From NCBI GenBank assembly GCA_964577565.1, contig CAZNZL010000001.1, forward strand, positions 334,566 to 398,565: DNA of 64,000 nt. The letters run 5' to 3'. Both the position numbers and the translations under genes were made by a program. This stretch comes from an uncultured Candidatus Saccharibacteria bacterium. GTDB taxonomy: Bacteria > Patescibacteriota > Saccharimonadia > Saccharimonadales > JAGQNJ01. Of the stretch, positions 1 through 9,127 are shown in pieces (position 1 is the stretch's first letter; each line of letters opens with the position of its first letter). The notes beneath the pieces were generated by a model. It ran no database searches and was not told the DNA's origin. It saw nothing but the letters and a program-made list of their open reading frames with translations.

Positions 1-380
1 CCAGGTGCGTCATCTTTATCAGCTATTACGTAAACCACAGGCATTAATAGCACTAATAAAGCACCGATTAGCAAACATAAGCGTTTGATATTTCTAAGCG
101 CAGTTATTGAATCTTCTGAAAACGGTCTGTTTTGTTCTGTATAATTGAGGAGCTGCATGGCTTGTCGCAACGCACCACAGAATGCAATTACACATAAAAT
201 AAGCGCCGACACGATAGGATAGCGAACGTACGCAATATGCGGAAATTCAATCGCCCACTCTCGAAATACAGCAGCAATAAATAGAGTACTCAGAATAAAA
301 ACCGCCAACCCCATCGCAAGTCCTGCAAATCGCAAAAACCAAATAGAACCTCGTTTAGCATCTATTTTCTTATTTTTCAT
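1..380 (-). CDS. membrane protein, N-terminal part (gene runs off the left edge); DUF2975-like (tentative)
   Basis: Absent from ORF track because no stop lies in the window. RC of 378-380 is ATG. Hand translation MKNKKIDAKRGSIWFLRFAGLAMGLAVFILSTLFIAAVF... stays open to nt 1 and has several hydrophobic spans. Confidence 0.55.
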   Translation of the reverse strand, partial: MKNKKIDAKRGSIWFLRFAGLAMGLAVFILSTLFIAAVFREWAIEFPHIAYVRYPIVSALILCVIAFCGALRQAMQLLNYTEQNRPFSEDSITALRNIKRLCLLIGALLVLLMPVVYVIADKDDAP

Positions 381-445
381 GCTATCAGCATAATAAACTA
401 TTTATCGTTTGTCAATATATTTTTATTGTTTCGTATCTTTTTGTT

Positions 446-997
446 CTAAAAATATCTACGTCTTTCAGCGGCGATAATAACACCTTCTTTGGTAATATCT
501 TTCTTTTCGAAATCACGGCGCGCCTCAAAGGCAATATTTGTATAGGCAACATCTCCGCGCTGCATAGCACGTGCGCCCAACCATTGCAGCATACGTTGAG
601 GTGCTGCTATTTTAACCGGTCGCAAACGCTCGACAGTCAATGATAATACCACTAATCCCTGCCGCCTGATCTCATGGGTATCTGGATCTACCGCATCTTT
701 GTACGTGGGGTAAATTCTGAGTTCTCGCCCGTCAAACTCTGCCGCAACAAGATCATAAGCTCCTGCGCTTTCTAAATCATCATTCTCGGCAAAAGCGTAT
801 TCAATGACACTGCCAGCCGGCGGAATAACACCGTTGTTGATGTATTGAGCGGCTTCTTGCGGGGAATACCTTCTAACGCTTTTTAGCTCTTCTCTTAACG
901 CTTCGTCTTCTACGGCAGCAGGAAACGGCAAATATACACCGTTGCGACGTTCAAGTTCCTCAGGTATTTCACCAATCTCACGAGGGAGAATACTCAT
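446..997 (-). CDS. hypothetical protein
   Basis: ORF 446..1114. AAAGGAG lies 10 nt upstream of the ATG at 997 (MSILPREIGEIPEELERR...), so the shorter start is preferred. No motif recognised. Confidence 0.5.
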   Translation of the reverse strand: MSILPREIGEIPEELERRNGVYLPFPAAVEDEALREELKSVRRYSPQEAAQYINNGVIPPAGSVIEYAFAENDDLESAGAYDLVAAEFDGRELRIYPTYKDAVDPDTHEIRRQGLVVLSLTVERLRPVKIAAPQRMLQWLGARAMQRGDVAYTNIAFEARRDFEKKDITKEGVIIAAERRRYF

Positions 998-1157
998 AAA
1001 TACCAAACTCCTTTCTTTCATTTTGTTTTTGGCACGAAGATATATCATATCACTCATGCTTACCCCTGTCAATAATAAAAGATGGGTGACGAGTGGGTAT
1101 TTTTTGTAAAGCAACTATTAACGCCAGCAAAAATAAATTCAAATATATTTGAGCTAA

Positions 1158-2027
1158 CTACATACAAGAGTGGTTGTGATCAAGGTTTTTAACAACGTAC
1201 TGTGTTAGCAATATAACACCGCCAGCTGTTAAAGAAGTTACGCTGCAGTTAGCTTTGGCGTTTGCAAGACTTGCACCGCTTGGCCGCCAGTTAGGTAAAC
1301 CATTGAGATTGCTCGTTGGACTTATATTATTACCGGTGATTTCGGCCCACTGCAAAGCGGTTGAATACAATCCTATTTGAGCACCCTTCGATTGATAGTA
1401 GGCACCGAAGCCCTCGATAGCTGCCGTGTTACGTTGTAATGCCTCGCTACTACCCGACTGCCAGGTATTCATTGTCTCTACATCAAGCCACCAAACATAA
1501 TCTTTGGTATTTGAGTTGAGGCTCTTGCTGATTGCGGCGGTCTTGAAGACACCTTCGGTATAAATTGAGCGATTCCATCCATACAGCCAAGAACAAGCCT
1601 TATCATTAGACCCTTCACACGCTCCGTAAGGATTGACGGGGGTATTTCCCATACTATCCGCAGAGGTCGTTGGCCACGTGCTTATTTGTGATAGTACTTC
1701 ACCAGGGTTAGCAGTGTTCACGTATAGTTGATACTTTGATTGTTTAGAACCGGTTTTAGCTTTATTTGCCCAAACAAGTTGGTCCGCTAAACAGTGGTTT
1801 GCGTTGGCCGCATTACCACCATTAACCCCAACAATGCCAAAATAGTGATCGGTTGGTAATTTTTTACCGCATTGCGGATATGAGACATCATACCCTTTTA
1901 GCTCTACGGTTTGGGTGGGTTTTGAATTCCCCCCTCCTGAGTTAACTGGTTTCGCCGCAAAGACGGTCAAGGGCATGCAAAGAACCGCCATAACAGCAGC
2001 TACCATAACCACAAACACTTTTCTCAT
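1158..2027 (-). CDS. secreted protein, lysozyme/GH25-like glycoside-hydrolase-like fold (tentative)
   Basis: Signal peptide MRKVFVVMVAAVMAVLCMPLTVFA. GYDVSYPQCG...FGIVGVNGG resembles GH25/Rv2525c-like hydrolase N-termini. The function call is weak. Confidence 0.45.
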   Translation of the reverse strand: MRKVFVVMVAAVMAVLCMPLTVFAAKPVNSGGGNSKPTQTVELKGYDVSYPQCGKKLPTDHYFGIVGVNGGNAANANHCLADQLVWANKAKTGSKQSKYQLYVNTANPGEVLSQISTWPTTSADSMGNTPVNPYGACEGSNDKACSWLYGWNRSIYTEGVFKTAAISKSLNSNTKDYVWWLDVETMNTWQSGSSEALQRNTAAIEGFGAYYQSKGAQIGLYSTALQWAEITGNNISPTSNLNGLPNWRPSGASLANAKANCSVTSLTAGGVILLTQYVVKNLDHNHSCM

Positions 2028-2115
2028 GTGCCTATTGTAGCAAACCATCACATAGAACAACCACCTAGATACTAACAATTATGGTTATTCTCCCAAGATA
2101 TGAATTACAAAACTA

Positions 2116-2712
2116 TCATTCTTCACCTGCAGTGCCGGTTTTTACTTCTCCGGCGCGTTTGTAATTGGCAAAGATTACTCCGTTTGGTGTGACGGTGCTC
2201 TCTATAAGCGTAAAGGCTGCCGGAATCGTACCTTCATCAAACAGCTTCTTGCCTTCACCAAGCGTCACTGGGAAGAACTTAAGCCACATTTCGTCTACCA
2301 AGTCATGCTTTAAAAGTAACTGAATTAGCTTGCCGCTGCCGTGCACTTGCAAATCACTACCTTCAGAATTTTTTAGTTTTTTAAGGTCTTCGAGGCTGGT
2401 CAGAATTTTAGTGTTCTGCCAAGGAGCCTCTTTCATAGTTGTACTCACCACATACTTTGTAACATCGTTAATACCCGGCCAGATATCTGCATGCTTTGGC
2501 CAATACGCTGCAAAGATATCATATGTTTTTCTACCTAGCAGAAGATCAGCCGGCTTCATTTGCTTAGCCATAATCTTACCTGCCGCATCATCAAAGTAGG
2601 GTGCAACCCAGCCGCCGTATTTAAAACCACCCGAGGTGTCTTCGTCAGGACCACCCGGCGCTTGCATAACGCCATCAAGGGTAATAAATGATAGAACGAT
2701 TATTTTTCTCAT
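2116..2712 (-). CDS. dihydrofolate reductase family protein (RibD C-terminal domain type)
   Basis: MRKIIVLSFITLDGVMQAPGGPDED..GGW...LLGRKTYDIF..LQVHGSG is the typical pattern of this family. Confidence 0.75.
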   Translation of the reverse strand: MRKIIVLSFITLDGVMQAPGGPDEDTSGGFKYGGWVAPYFDDAAGKIMAKQMKPADLLLGRKTYDIFAAYWPKHADIWPGINDVTKYVVSTTMKEAPWQNTKILTSLEDLKKLKNSEGSDLQVHGSGKLIQLLLKHDLVDEMWLKFFPVTLGEGKKLFDEGTIPAAFTLIESTVTPNGVIFANYKRAGEVKTGTAGEE

Positions 2713-2766
2713 AGCTCTATTGTACCCCCAAAGCAAGTAAATCGTACGTAACTGGTGGTTTTTTTG

Positions 2767-3144
2767 TTAGCCTTCAACTGCTACTTCAAAGCCGCCGTAG
2801 GCCATCTTTTTCATATCGTTTGGCATTTCAAAATCAGCTGGGTCGCCCATTGCCCCCATTTCAGCCATGACTTTTTTGTTTACTTCATCGCGGTGTTTTT
2901 TAGATTTAAAGACAATAAACGAAAACCACACATTATCATCAGCTGTTGCATTAGCCATTTCTTTAAAATCCCTTGATTTTTGGTCACCCATTTCGTTCTG
3001 TTTAAGATCATCACCCCTGCATTCAAAGTATTGAAGCGCACCATGCTTCATCCATGAATCACGTCCCATTTCTGCCATTTTTTGATATTCAGCTTCTTTG
3101 CCCTTCGGCACCACTAATACAAATCCATCAACATATTTACCCAT
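2767..3144 (-). CDS. DUF1428 family protein
   Basis: MGKYVDGFVLVVPKGKEAEYQKMAE...YGGFEV matches my memory of the DUF1428 family. Size is 125 aa. Confidence 0.65.
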   Translation of the reverse strand: MGKYVDGFVLVVPKGKEAEYQKMAEMGRDSWMKHGALQYFECRGDDLKQNEMGDQKSRDFKEMANATADDNVWFSFIVFKSKKHRDEVNKKVMAEMGAMGDPADFEMPNDMKKMAYGGFEVAVEG

Positions 3145-3193
3145 TTTTTACTCTCCTCCATTAAATTGCTCCGTACTTATTTTAGCACCCGGT

Positions 3194-3220
3194 AAAAATA
3201 AAAAGGACGCCGAAGCGTCC
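3194..3220 (-). terminator. rho-independent terminator candidate
   Basis: Hairpin ggacgc-cgaa-gcgtcc (3205-3220) is followed on the minus strand by a T-run (A-run 3194-3204 on plus). It lies downstream of the hydrolase gene. Confidence 0.55.
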
Positions 3221-3386
3221 ATTAATATCTATTTGGTGCCGCCTGTCTGGCATATTTCTAACCGCTACACCTGAGAATGTTGATTTATATAAGCTAAGGG
3301 AGCTTGTGAATCTGTTTAATTTATCTAGTCAGTTAATAGATTAAAGGAGAGGCCCTGTGACCTCTCCCTGCAAAAATTATTAGCTT

Positions 3387-4169
3387 TTAAGCGTCATTGT
3401 TAATCTCCTTCATATCTTTAGCATATTTAGCTTTAATCCATAGTGATGTCATTTCATAGAGGTTGTCCATGGCACCTTCTTCCGTAAACGGATGAGATAC
3501 ACCTGGAATAACCACATGCTTTGTGGCTGCTTTAATATTTTCGGCGTAGTATTTGCCGTATGTCGACATAGCCTTACCACTATCGGCGGCATTAACTACT
3601 AGCGTATCAACAAAAAAAGCATTAGCCATTGTCGTACTGCCCGGTGCGTAATCATTGAAAACTTTACCTGATAATACATATCCAGGTCCCTTTGCAGATA
3701 CATATGAATCAAGCTCATCAATGTACAGGAAGTCTTGTTCAAGACTCTCCTTAGCTTGCCGCTCATCATAGCCATCTGTATGACTGGCGTCCCATAAAAC
3801 AGCTGCATTAAAAGCTTGTTTTTGTGAGTAAACTATCGCCATGCCACTATAGCTATGGCCAATTACGCAAATCCAATCGGCACCACGCTCACGGACATAA
3901 TCAACAATAGTGTCAATATCTTTGGCACAGGTTTTCACGCCGAACTCTCCAATATCTCTCTGCTTTTTGCTATCTCCGTAAAAACTGACCCGCAATGTTG
4001 ATATGCCCTGCTGCTCAAAGTAGCGTGAAGCGTTGAACAACAGCAAGTCGTGTTGCCAACCACCTAATCCTGGTGCAAGCACAACTAACGGCGATATATA
4101 TTTGCCCCTTAATGTTCCCTCAATTTCTATATGACTATCAGGAATAGGGATACTAACGCTCTTTTCCAT
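3387..4169 (-). CDS. alpha/beta hydrolase
   Basis: GHSYSGM nucleophile elbow (GxSxG). GGAG lies 6 nt before the ATG at 4169 (MEKSVSIPIP...). Confidence 0.7.
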   Translation of the reverse strand: MEKSVSIPIPDSHIEIEGTLRGKYISPLVVLAPGLGGWQHDLLLFNASRYFEQQGISTLRVSFYGDSKKQRDIGEFGVKTCAKDIDTIVDYVRERGADWICVIGHSYSGMAIVYSQKQAFNAAVLWDASHTDGYDERQAKESLEQDFLYIDELDSYVSAKGPGYVLSGKVFNDYAPGSTTMANAFFVDTLVVNAADSGKAMSTYGKYYAENIKAATKHVVIPGVSHPFTEEGAMDNLYEMTSLWIKAKYAKDMKEINNDA

Positions 4170-4536
4170 AGTAAACTCCAATTTAAAACCGAGCGTATGT
4201 TTTAGTTGTCATACATTGCTCGGTTTCTTGAAAGATTATTAGTTACAAAAACACTAAATAGTCGCGGAGGATGTATGACTGTTCAGTGGTTTTCGTAGAC
4301 TAACATATTAAATATATCGTAACATTAAGTACTGTTTGTGTCAATTCAGTTAGAGTCCTGTTTGTATGAAGGTCAAAAACAAGCAAAAAACGCCGATTTA
4401 CTCGACGTTTTCTAGGGGTCATTTTCTAAAATATGTTTGGTGCAAGATAGTTGACGCATTTCAAACATCGGCAATTGAGCGTGCAAATGATACGAAACTT
4501 CAACACTTAGTTAAAATCTTTGGTTTGTCGAGTGAC

Positions 4537-5181
4537 CTAATCTAGTTTTTTACGCAATTGTTCTAGTAAATAGCTATGAAATTCTGTCATAAAGTTATTC
4601 CACAGCATATACGGTCGTTTATGTTCAACTATCAAATCAATAATCTTATCTGACTCACTTATGCCAGTGTAGTGTTTATACCTCCAAATTGTAATTTCTT
4701 TTGGTGTTAGGTAGTCCATTATGTCAGGTGTTATTTTATCAATTGCTTTAGCAAACTTTGCGGACTTACTTTTCTTCTTCTCGGCATCGTCATAAATATC
4801 GTGATAAATAGGATTTAGTAATTTTAGTGCGGCATTGTATTCAGCTTTGGCTCCATCCTTATTCTTAGTAAATGTCATCTCATCGCCTGTAATCAACTCG
4901 CCTATATCGTGTATCGCTAGCATAGTTAGTGCATCTCCAAGGTTAACCTCATCGTCACTTATATGTGGGAAAAACGCAGTCGCCATCACAGGAAGTGAAC
5001 CAACGTGTTCCATAAGTGTTTCACGAACTAAATTGTCGTCAGGATGATATTTAAAATTCGGAAAATGTTTGTGTGCAGTCTGCCAAAGATACGGCTGAGT
5101 TGTTGCTCTTAGTGTTTTAGAATATCTTTCAAATAAATACTCTAGTTCGTCTAAAAACTTATGCATATCTTTTTTCGACAT
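4537..5181 (-). CDS. HD-domain phosphohydrolase (YfbR-like 5'-nucleotidase family)
   Basis: LMEHVGSLPV...LAIHDIGELITGD gives the H..HD..D metal-binding pattern. ATG at 5181 (MSKKDMHKF) is preceded by GAGAG. Confidence 0.7.
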   Translation of the reverse strand: MSKKDMHKFLDELEYLFERYSKTLRATTQPYLWQTAHKHFPNFKYHPDDNLVRETLMEHVGSLPVMATAFFPHISDDEVNLGDALTMLAIHDIGELITGDEMTFTKNKDGAKAEYNAALKLLNPIYHDIYDDAEKKKSKSAKFAKAIDKITPDIMDYLTPKEITIWRYKHYTGISESDKIIDLIVEHKRPYMLWNNFMTEFHSYLLEQLRKKLD

Positions 5182-5318
5182 ATTACTCTCAGAATAACAA
5201 AAAATGAGCCAAAAGTGGCTCAAATGTTTGAAAGTATACTGTTTGAAAAACGTTTGGGTTGTATTGGTGCACCTGACCGCGCAGCTCTTGAACTCGGTAC
5301 CTCAGGTGGATCGAGTGT

Positions 5319-5987
5319 TTACAGCTCTGGCCCGGCCGGTCCCGAAGCGTGGTCGGAGGCCGTCGGAGTTCCTCTACCGGTTGGATCCGTAGCGAGCCCG
5401 ACGTGCCAGCGGCCGTCTTCGTCCTGTGATACGTCCAGTTCAGAGAGATCGAGACCACCATCTAGAAGACCCCGGAGCATCTCTCGACCGAGTCCGCGTT
5501 CTGCGGCCGACATGCCTATGTCGTGGGTATAGGACGCCTCGAAGCTGAGTACATCGCTCTGGTGTTGGGCTGGACGCGGTGCTGGTGTCCGACGCGCAGC
5601 GTGGCGCCTGCGAAGTGCTGCCGCTTGTGCTCGGTCGAAAGATTGCTGCCATTCGTCTGCGAACTGACGTACTTCATCACCGTCAAGCATGTCCACGAGA
5701 CGTTGGCCATGTCTCCAGTCGGGTGGTTCCTGTTCTGCCCGACGCTGAGCGCGAGCAGCCTGTCGTTCAGCAGCTACCTCGGCGACGTGTTCTGCGCCCA
5801 GAACCTGATCGACTCGTTTGCCAACAGGAACGATCGCCTGCTCCGCTTGGAGCGCAACTTCTCGTTCTCGCCTTCGTCGTAGGACCCGTTCAGGTTCATA
5901 GGAAGGACCCACACTCGGCAGATCTGACGAAGGTGCTCCCGGTTCACGTTCTCCTGTCATGGGCCACATTATGAGACTCGTTCTCAA
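5319..5987 (-). CDS. hypothetical protein (Arg/Ala/Glu-rich), third gene of the island operon
   Basis: 222-aa ORF co-directional with the two upstream genes, with a 26-nt gap. No motif recognised. The start is uncertain (MTGEREP is an alternative). Confidence 0.45.
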   Translation of the reverse strand: MRTSLIMWPMTGEREPGAPSSDLPSVGPSYEPERVLRRRREREVALQAEQAIVPVGKRVDQVLGAEHVAEVAAERQAARAQRRAEQEPPDWRHGQRLVDMLDGDEVRQFADEWQQSFDRAQAAALRRRHAARRTPAPRPAQHQSDVLSFEASYTHDIGMSAAERGLGREMLRGLLDGGLDLSELDVSQDEDGRWHVGLATDPTGRGTPTASDHASGPAGPEL

Positions 5988-6013
5988 TTCCCTCTAGTGT
6001 GGAATCGACAACG

Positions 6014-6376
6014 TCAGGCAGCTCGTTCGTCCCTGAGCTGCTCTCTGGCGAGGTCGACGAGGGCTCGAGCCAGAGTGGTGAGATCGGGTTCGTCGCGCTG
6101 GTAGGCGGTGACCTTGATGGTGGTCAGCTTCTTGGGGGAGCGAGAGTCTGGGATGGTCATCCGAACCCGGCTGCCACGAGCAACCCGTGGAGGATCTGCT
6201 CCGGGTGGTGGGCTTGGGTTGGTCAGCTCTTCGATGACCGTGAAGCGAAAGCTGGAGGGATCGACAGGGACGTAGGTTAGCTCTGCCGAGACGACAGTTG
6301 CTTCCTCAGTCCCGCGATCTTGCGGGGGGGGGGCGAGGTCATCGCCTGGGTTGGCGAAGAGGGAGAGCTGGGTCAC
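6014..6376 (-). CDS. hypothetical protein, second gene of the island operon; contains a C10 tract
   Basis: GTG start lies 15 nt after the stop of the 911-aa gene (MTQLSLFANPGDDLAPPPQ...). Third-position G/C bias supports the minus strand over the antisense ORF 5999..6280. Confidence 0.5.
   Translation of the reverse strand: MTQLSLFANPGDDLAPPPQDRGTEEATVVSAELTYVPVDPSSFRFTVIEELTNPSPPPGADPPRVARGSRVRMTIPDSRSPKKLTTIKVTAYQRDEPDLTTLARALVDLAREQLRDERAA
6324..6333 (-). repeat. homopolymer G10 (C10 in the coding sense)
   Basis: Counted directly as tgc+ggggggg+ggg. It encodes APPPQ inside CDS 6014..6376. Confidence 0.95.
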
Positions 6377-6391
6377 GGGAGCACCATGCGC

Positions 6392-9127
6392 CTACTTCTT
6401 GAACGAGGACTTAAGCTTCATAGTCCTTCGACTGAATGGAATCGGCCCACCTTCTAGGTGGTCGAGGGCCAACCGGTTGAGCTCGTGGCGTTCGAGCGAA
6501 CCTGATGCCTCGACCTCTCCATGACCAGCAGTCGCTTTCATTGTGACGATCTGCTCGGCATCTCCACTCACCACAATCCCAGGGCTTCGTGTTGCGAACA
6601 GATATTGCCGACTTCCCCGGAGGTCACGCAGACGGTCAACGAGGTACTCCTCAATCCAAGGGGCATGCAAGGCGTCTTCGGGTTGGTCGACTAGTACAGG
6701 CGTGTCCCCGTCAGCGAGCAGGATTACCAGGATGGCTGTGCAGCGTTGGCCATGAGCCAGCTCCTCTATCGCCGTGTACTGGTGATCGTCGGGCTTCTTG
6801 AACTTTATGGTGAGTACATCGGGGCGTTCGATAGTCTGCATCTCCAGGAGCTGCTCCCACATGTTCCGGTCGTCAATGTTGGCGAGAAGCTTCGCGACGC
6901 TGGTTGAGTCGATGCCGTGGGCTGTGTTAACGACTTCGTTGGGCGTCCCGAGCCAGAGGCTGCGTGAGAACTTGAGCGGACTAGTACGCAGCGCAAGTTG
7001 GTGAAGGAAGTCGTCCTTAACGCGTGATCCGACCTTGATCTCATCGAGTGCGTCACGGAAAGCCTTCGCGTCACCCTCATTGGGCACGTCCAGTTTGACA
7101 AACCCCGCAGCCTTTTCATTCAGCTGAAGCACGCGAGCCCGCCTCAGCTCCCGGCGCTCCTTGCGCGCTTCGTGGAGCACATCAATCATCTGTTCGCGTT
7201 GCTGTTCGAGTGTAGCTAGCGCAGGCTTAGCTTGCTCATCCAGCTCTTCCTTTGCGGCTTCGGCGTGGGTCAACTTCCCCTGGAGCTGTTCCAAACTGGC
7301 GCGTAAGGCGGTAAGCGAGGTTCCGTCGGGATCGACCTTCTCTAGCTCTTCGTCGAGCTTCGCCTTGAACTCAATGAACTTGGTAGACCATTGCTTCTCA
7401 ACCAGGCCGAGCTCGTCTGCCGCCTCGGTTAGACCCTTCTCGATAATCTCTAAGCCTTTGGCAACTTGCTCATCGAGCTTCGCAATGGCCTTGGAGGTTT
7501 GCCCAAACAGCTCCTTGTTCGACTCAACCTTGTGAGCGATCTCCGCGTTGGGCACCGCTAGCGTCGGAACTTCAAGTTGTTCGACACGTACTTTGACCTG
7601 CTGCAACGCCGTCTTCTCAGCTGCCCAGCTCGCCTGCTCTTTCACCGCGTCGGTCTTGAACACGTCACTAAGCTTCCGAACCTGCTCCTTAAGATCTGTC
7701 ACCCGTCCAGCATCGTCGGTCAGGCGAGAAACCCGATTACGAGCCGCAATCAACTTGGTGGCATTGGTTCGGAGCCCAGTTGTCGCTGCTGCGATTCGCT
7801 CGTTGATCTCGTCCAAGTCGAGCGCAGAATCGACCAGAGTCATACGGCCGACTGGCTCCCGCGAGTACTCGAGGATCTCGCCTTGCGAGAACGCTGCTAG
7901 AGGACACAGCACTGCCGGATCTACGTCTACGTCAGCCCAGTCTCCACTGGTCTGTTGAGAGACCTGTGCATTTGGGGATCCCGTGGGATCGAAAGTGCGC
8001 TCGATCTTGTAACGCTTGCCTTCGGCAACCAGAACAAGGCGAACAACACTCCCATTCATCAGTGCCTTTTCCATTCGCGAGTCAATCTCGTCACGTATGG
8101 CTGGGAATGAGTCGTGATCTACTTGCTGCTCAAGAGCGAACCGCACTGCCTCAAGGATCAACGACTTTCCCGTACCCGTGCCACCGAGAAGGCAGTTCAG
8201 GTCCGGCGAAAGGTCGATCTTTCCCCCGCCAAGGAACCCACCGATCAGCTCGACAGATTCGATCCGCGCATATGGCGGTGACAATGCTGGTTCTTCTAGA
8301 GTGATTCGCAAGGGAGGATCAGCCAGCGCATGGCGAACGCCTATCAGATCCGGCCGACTGGCCTTGATCCATGTCCGCCTCGCGCCGATGCCGGCAAGCG
8401 AGTGACAGCTGAGCGTTTCGTCCCATGTGTCGGATCCGCGCACGAAAGCCATCGTTCGCTCGTCAGCAATCTTGTTGTTGACATTGTCGATGGTGTCCAT
8501 GTGGACGACCTCGACCGCCGAAATCTGATCGCAAAGCAGAATCTTCTTTTGATGCGCCTTCACGCCAAGCTTTAAGAGACCCTTGGGCTTCTCGATATGG
8601 GCAGCAATAGCGATCCCACCTGCCTTGTCAACTTCAACGGCGGCTTGGGTGAACCCAACATCAGCCGCGATATCGAGCTTGCCTCGGTCCGCTTGTCCGA
8701 TGCCAAGGCGCACAAGCAACTCCTGGATCACCACTGGATCGACACCCTCTTCCCATATGGCGAGGAGGTGTCCTTCCGTAGTGCTGATCTCCACGCCTGG
8801 TAGGACAACTAGCGGACTTTCGGCAGCCGCATCGGCAATCCGCTTGCACCACGTTGCGGTGTTGTGGTCGGTGATCGCGATTGCATCTAGACCAGCGTCG
8901 ATCGCCGCCTGGACGATCTCCGCAGGAGTGCCATAGTGCTCCGGCTTGGCATCTTGCGATCCTGGGGTGTGCACATGGAAATCGACGGCCCAAAACCTTG
9001 CCCAGTCAGCTTTCACGATGCGCACCTTACATACTTCATCACACCCAATTATCACACTCTGCAGGCCCTCAGTCCGTTGCAGAATTCGCAACGCCGTCCG
9101 TCCGCAGCCACTTAGGCCAGCAGGCAA
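6392..9127 (-). CDS. PHP phosphoesterase domain fused to an SMC/Rad50/RecN-like coiled-coil ATPase (Ppl-like architecture)
   Basis: PHP motifs are WAVDFHVHTPGS, AIAITDHNT, GVEISTTEGH and AAHIEKP. Walker A LLGGTGTGKS lies at nt 8162-8185, followed by a long coiled-coil of about 270 aa. The C-terminus carries signature-like HGQR plus Walker B/D-loop VLVDQPEDALH. An alternative GTG start lies at 9025. Confidence 0.8.
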   Translation of the reverse strand: MPAGLSGCGRTALRILQRTEGLQSVIIGCDEVCKVRIVKADWARFWAVDFHVHTPGSQDAKPEHYGTPAEIVQAAIDAGLDAIAITDHNTATWCKRIADAAAESPLVVLPGVEISTTEGHLLAIWEEGVDPVVIQELLVRLGIGQADRGKLDIAADVGFTQAAVEVDKAGGIAIAAHIEKPKGLLKLGVKAHQKKILLCDQISAVEVVHMDTIDNVNNKIADERTMAFVRGSDTWDETLSCHSLAGIGARRTWIKASRPDLIGVRHALADPPLRITLEEPALSPPYARIESVELIGGFLGGGKIDLSPDLNCLLGGTGTGKSLILEAVRFALEQQVDHDSFPAIRDEIDSRMEKALMNGSVVRLVLVAEGKRYKIERTFDPTGSPNAQVSQQTSGDWADVDVDPAVLCPLAAFSQGEILEYSREPVGRMTLVDSALDLDEINERIAAATTGLRTNATKLIAARNRVSRLTDDAGRVTDLKEQVRKLSDVFKTDAVKEQASWAAEKTALQQVKVRVEQLEVPTLAVPNAEIAHKVESNKELFGQTSKAIAKLDEQVAKGLEIIEKGLTEAADELGLVEKQWSTKFIEFKAKLDEELEKVDPDGTSLTALRASLEQLQGKLTHAEAAKEELDEQAKPALATLEQQREQMIDVLHEARKERRELRRARVLQLNEKAAGFVKLDVPNEGDAKAFRDALDEIKVGSRVKDDFLHQLALRTSPLKFSRSLWLGTPNEVVNTAHGIDSTSVAKLLANIDDRNMWEQLLEMQTIERPDVLTIKFKKPDDHQYTAIEELAHGQRCTAILVILLADGDTPVLVDQPEDALHAPWIEEYLVDRLRDLRGSRQYLFATRSPGIVVSGDAEQIVTMKATAGHGEVEASGSLERHELNRLALDHLEGGPIPFSRRTMKLKSSFKK

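Noticed and set aside
3236-3295. Another tggtgccgcc... CCA-like end with cacctga 40 nt away
   Set aside because: Only 6-8 nt resemble a tRNA end or the 29-nt motif. No cloverleaf folds. This is within chance expectation.
5265-5310. Possible tRNA genes or pseudogenes at 5265 and 12708 (TGGTGC... ends)
   Set aside because: On the reverse complement, the T-loop-like GTTCAAGA is followed by 21 nt instead of 16. No 5' T-stem partner and no acceptor 5' strand are present. They are kept only as a repeat motif.
5161-6280. Many overlapping track ORFs on the plus strand and in alternative frames (5161..5532, 5204..5392, 5523..5882, 5579..5974, 5999..6280, 5189..5461, 5440..5652, 5516..5710)
   Set aside because: High GC suppresses stop codons in all frames. 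The translations are low-complexity (Arg/Ser/Pro-rich junk). G/C-ending codon bias favours the two minus-strand ORFs that I kept.
5319-6376. Whether the two small island ORFs are fragments of a degraded integrase
   Set aside because: No R..HxxR..Y or serine-recombinase motifs appear in any frame. They are treated as hypothetical proteins.
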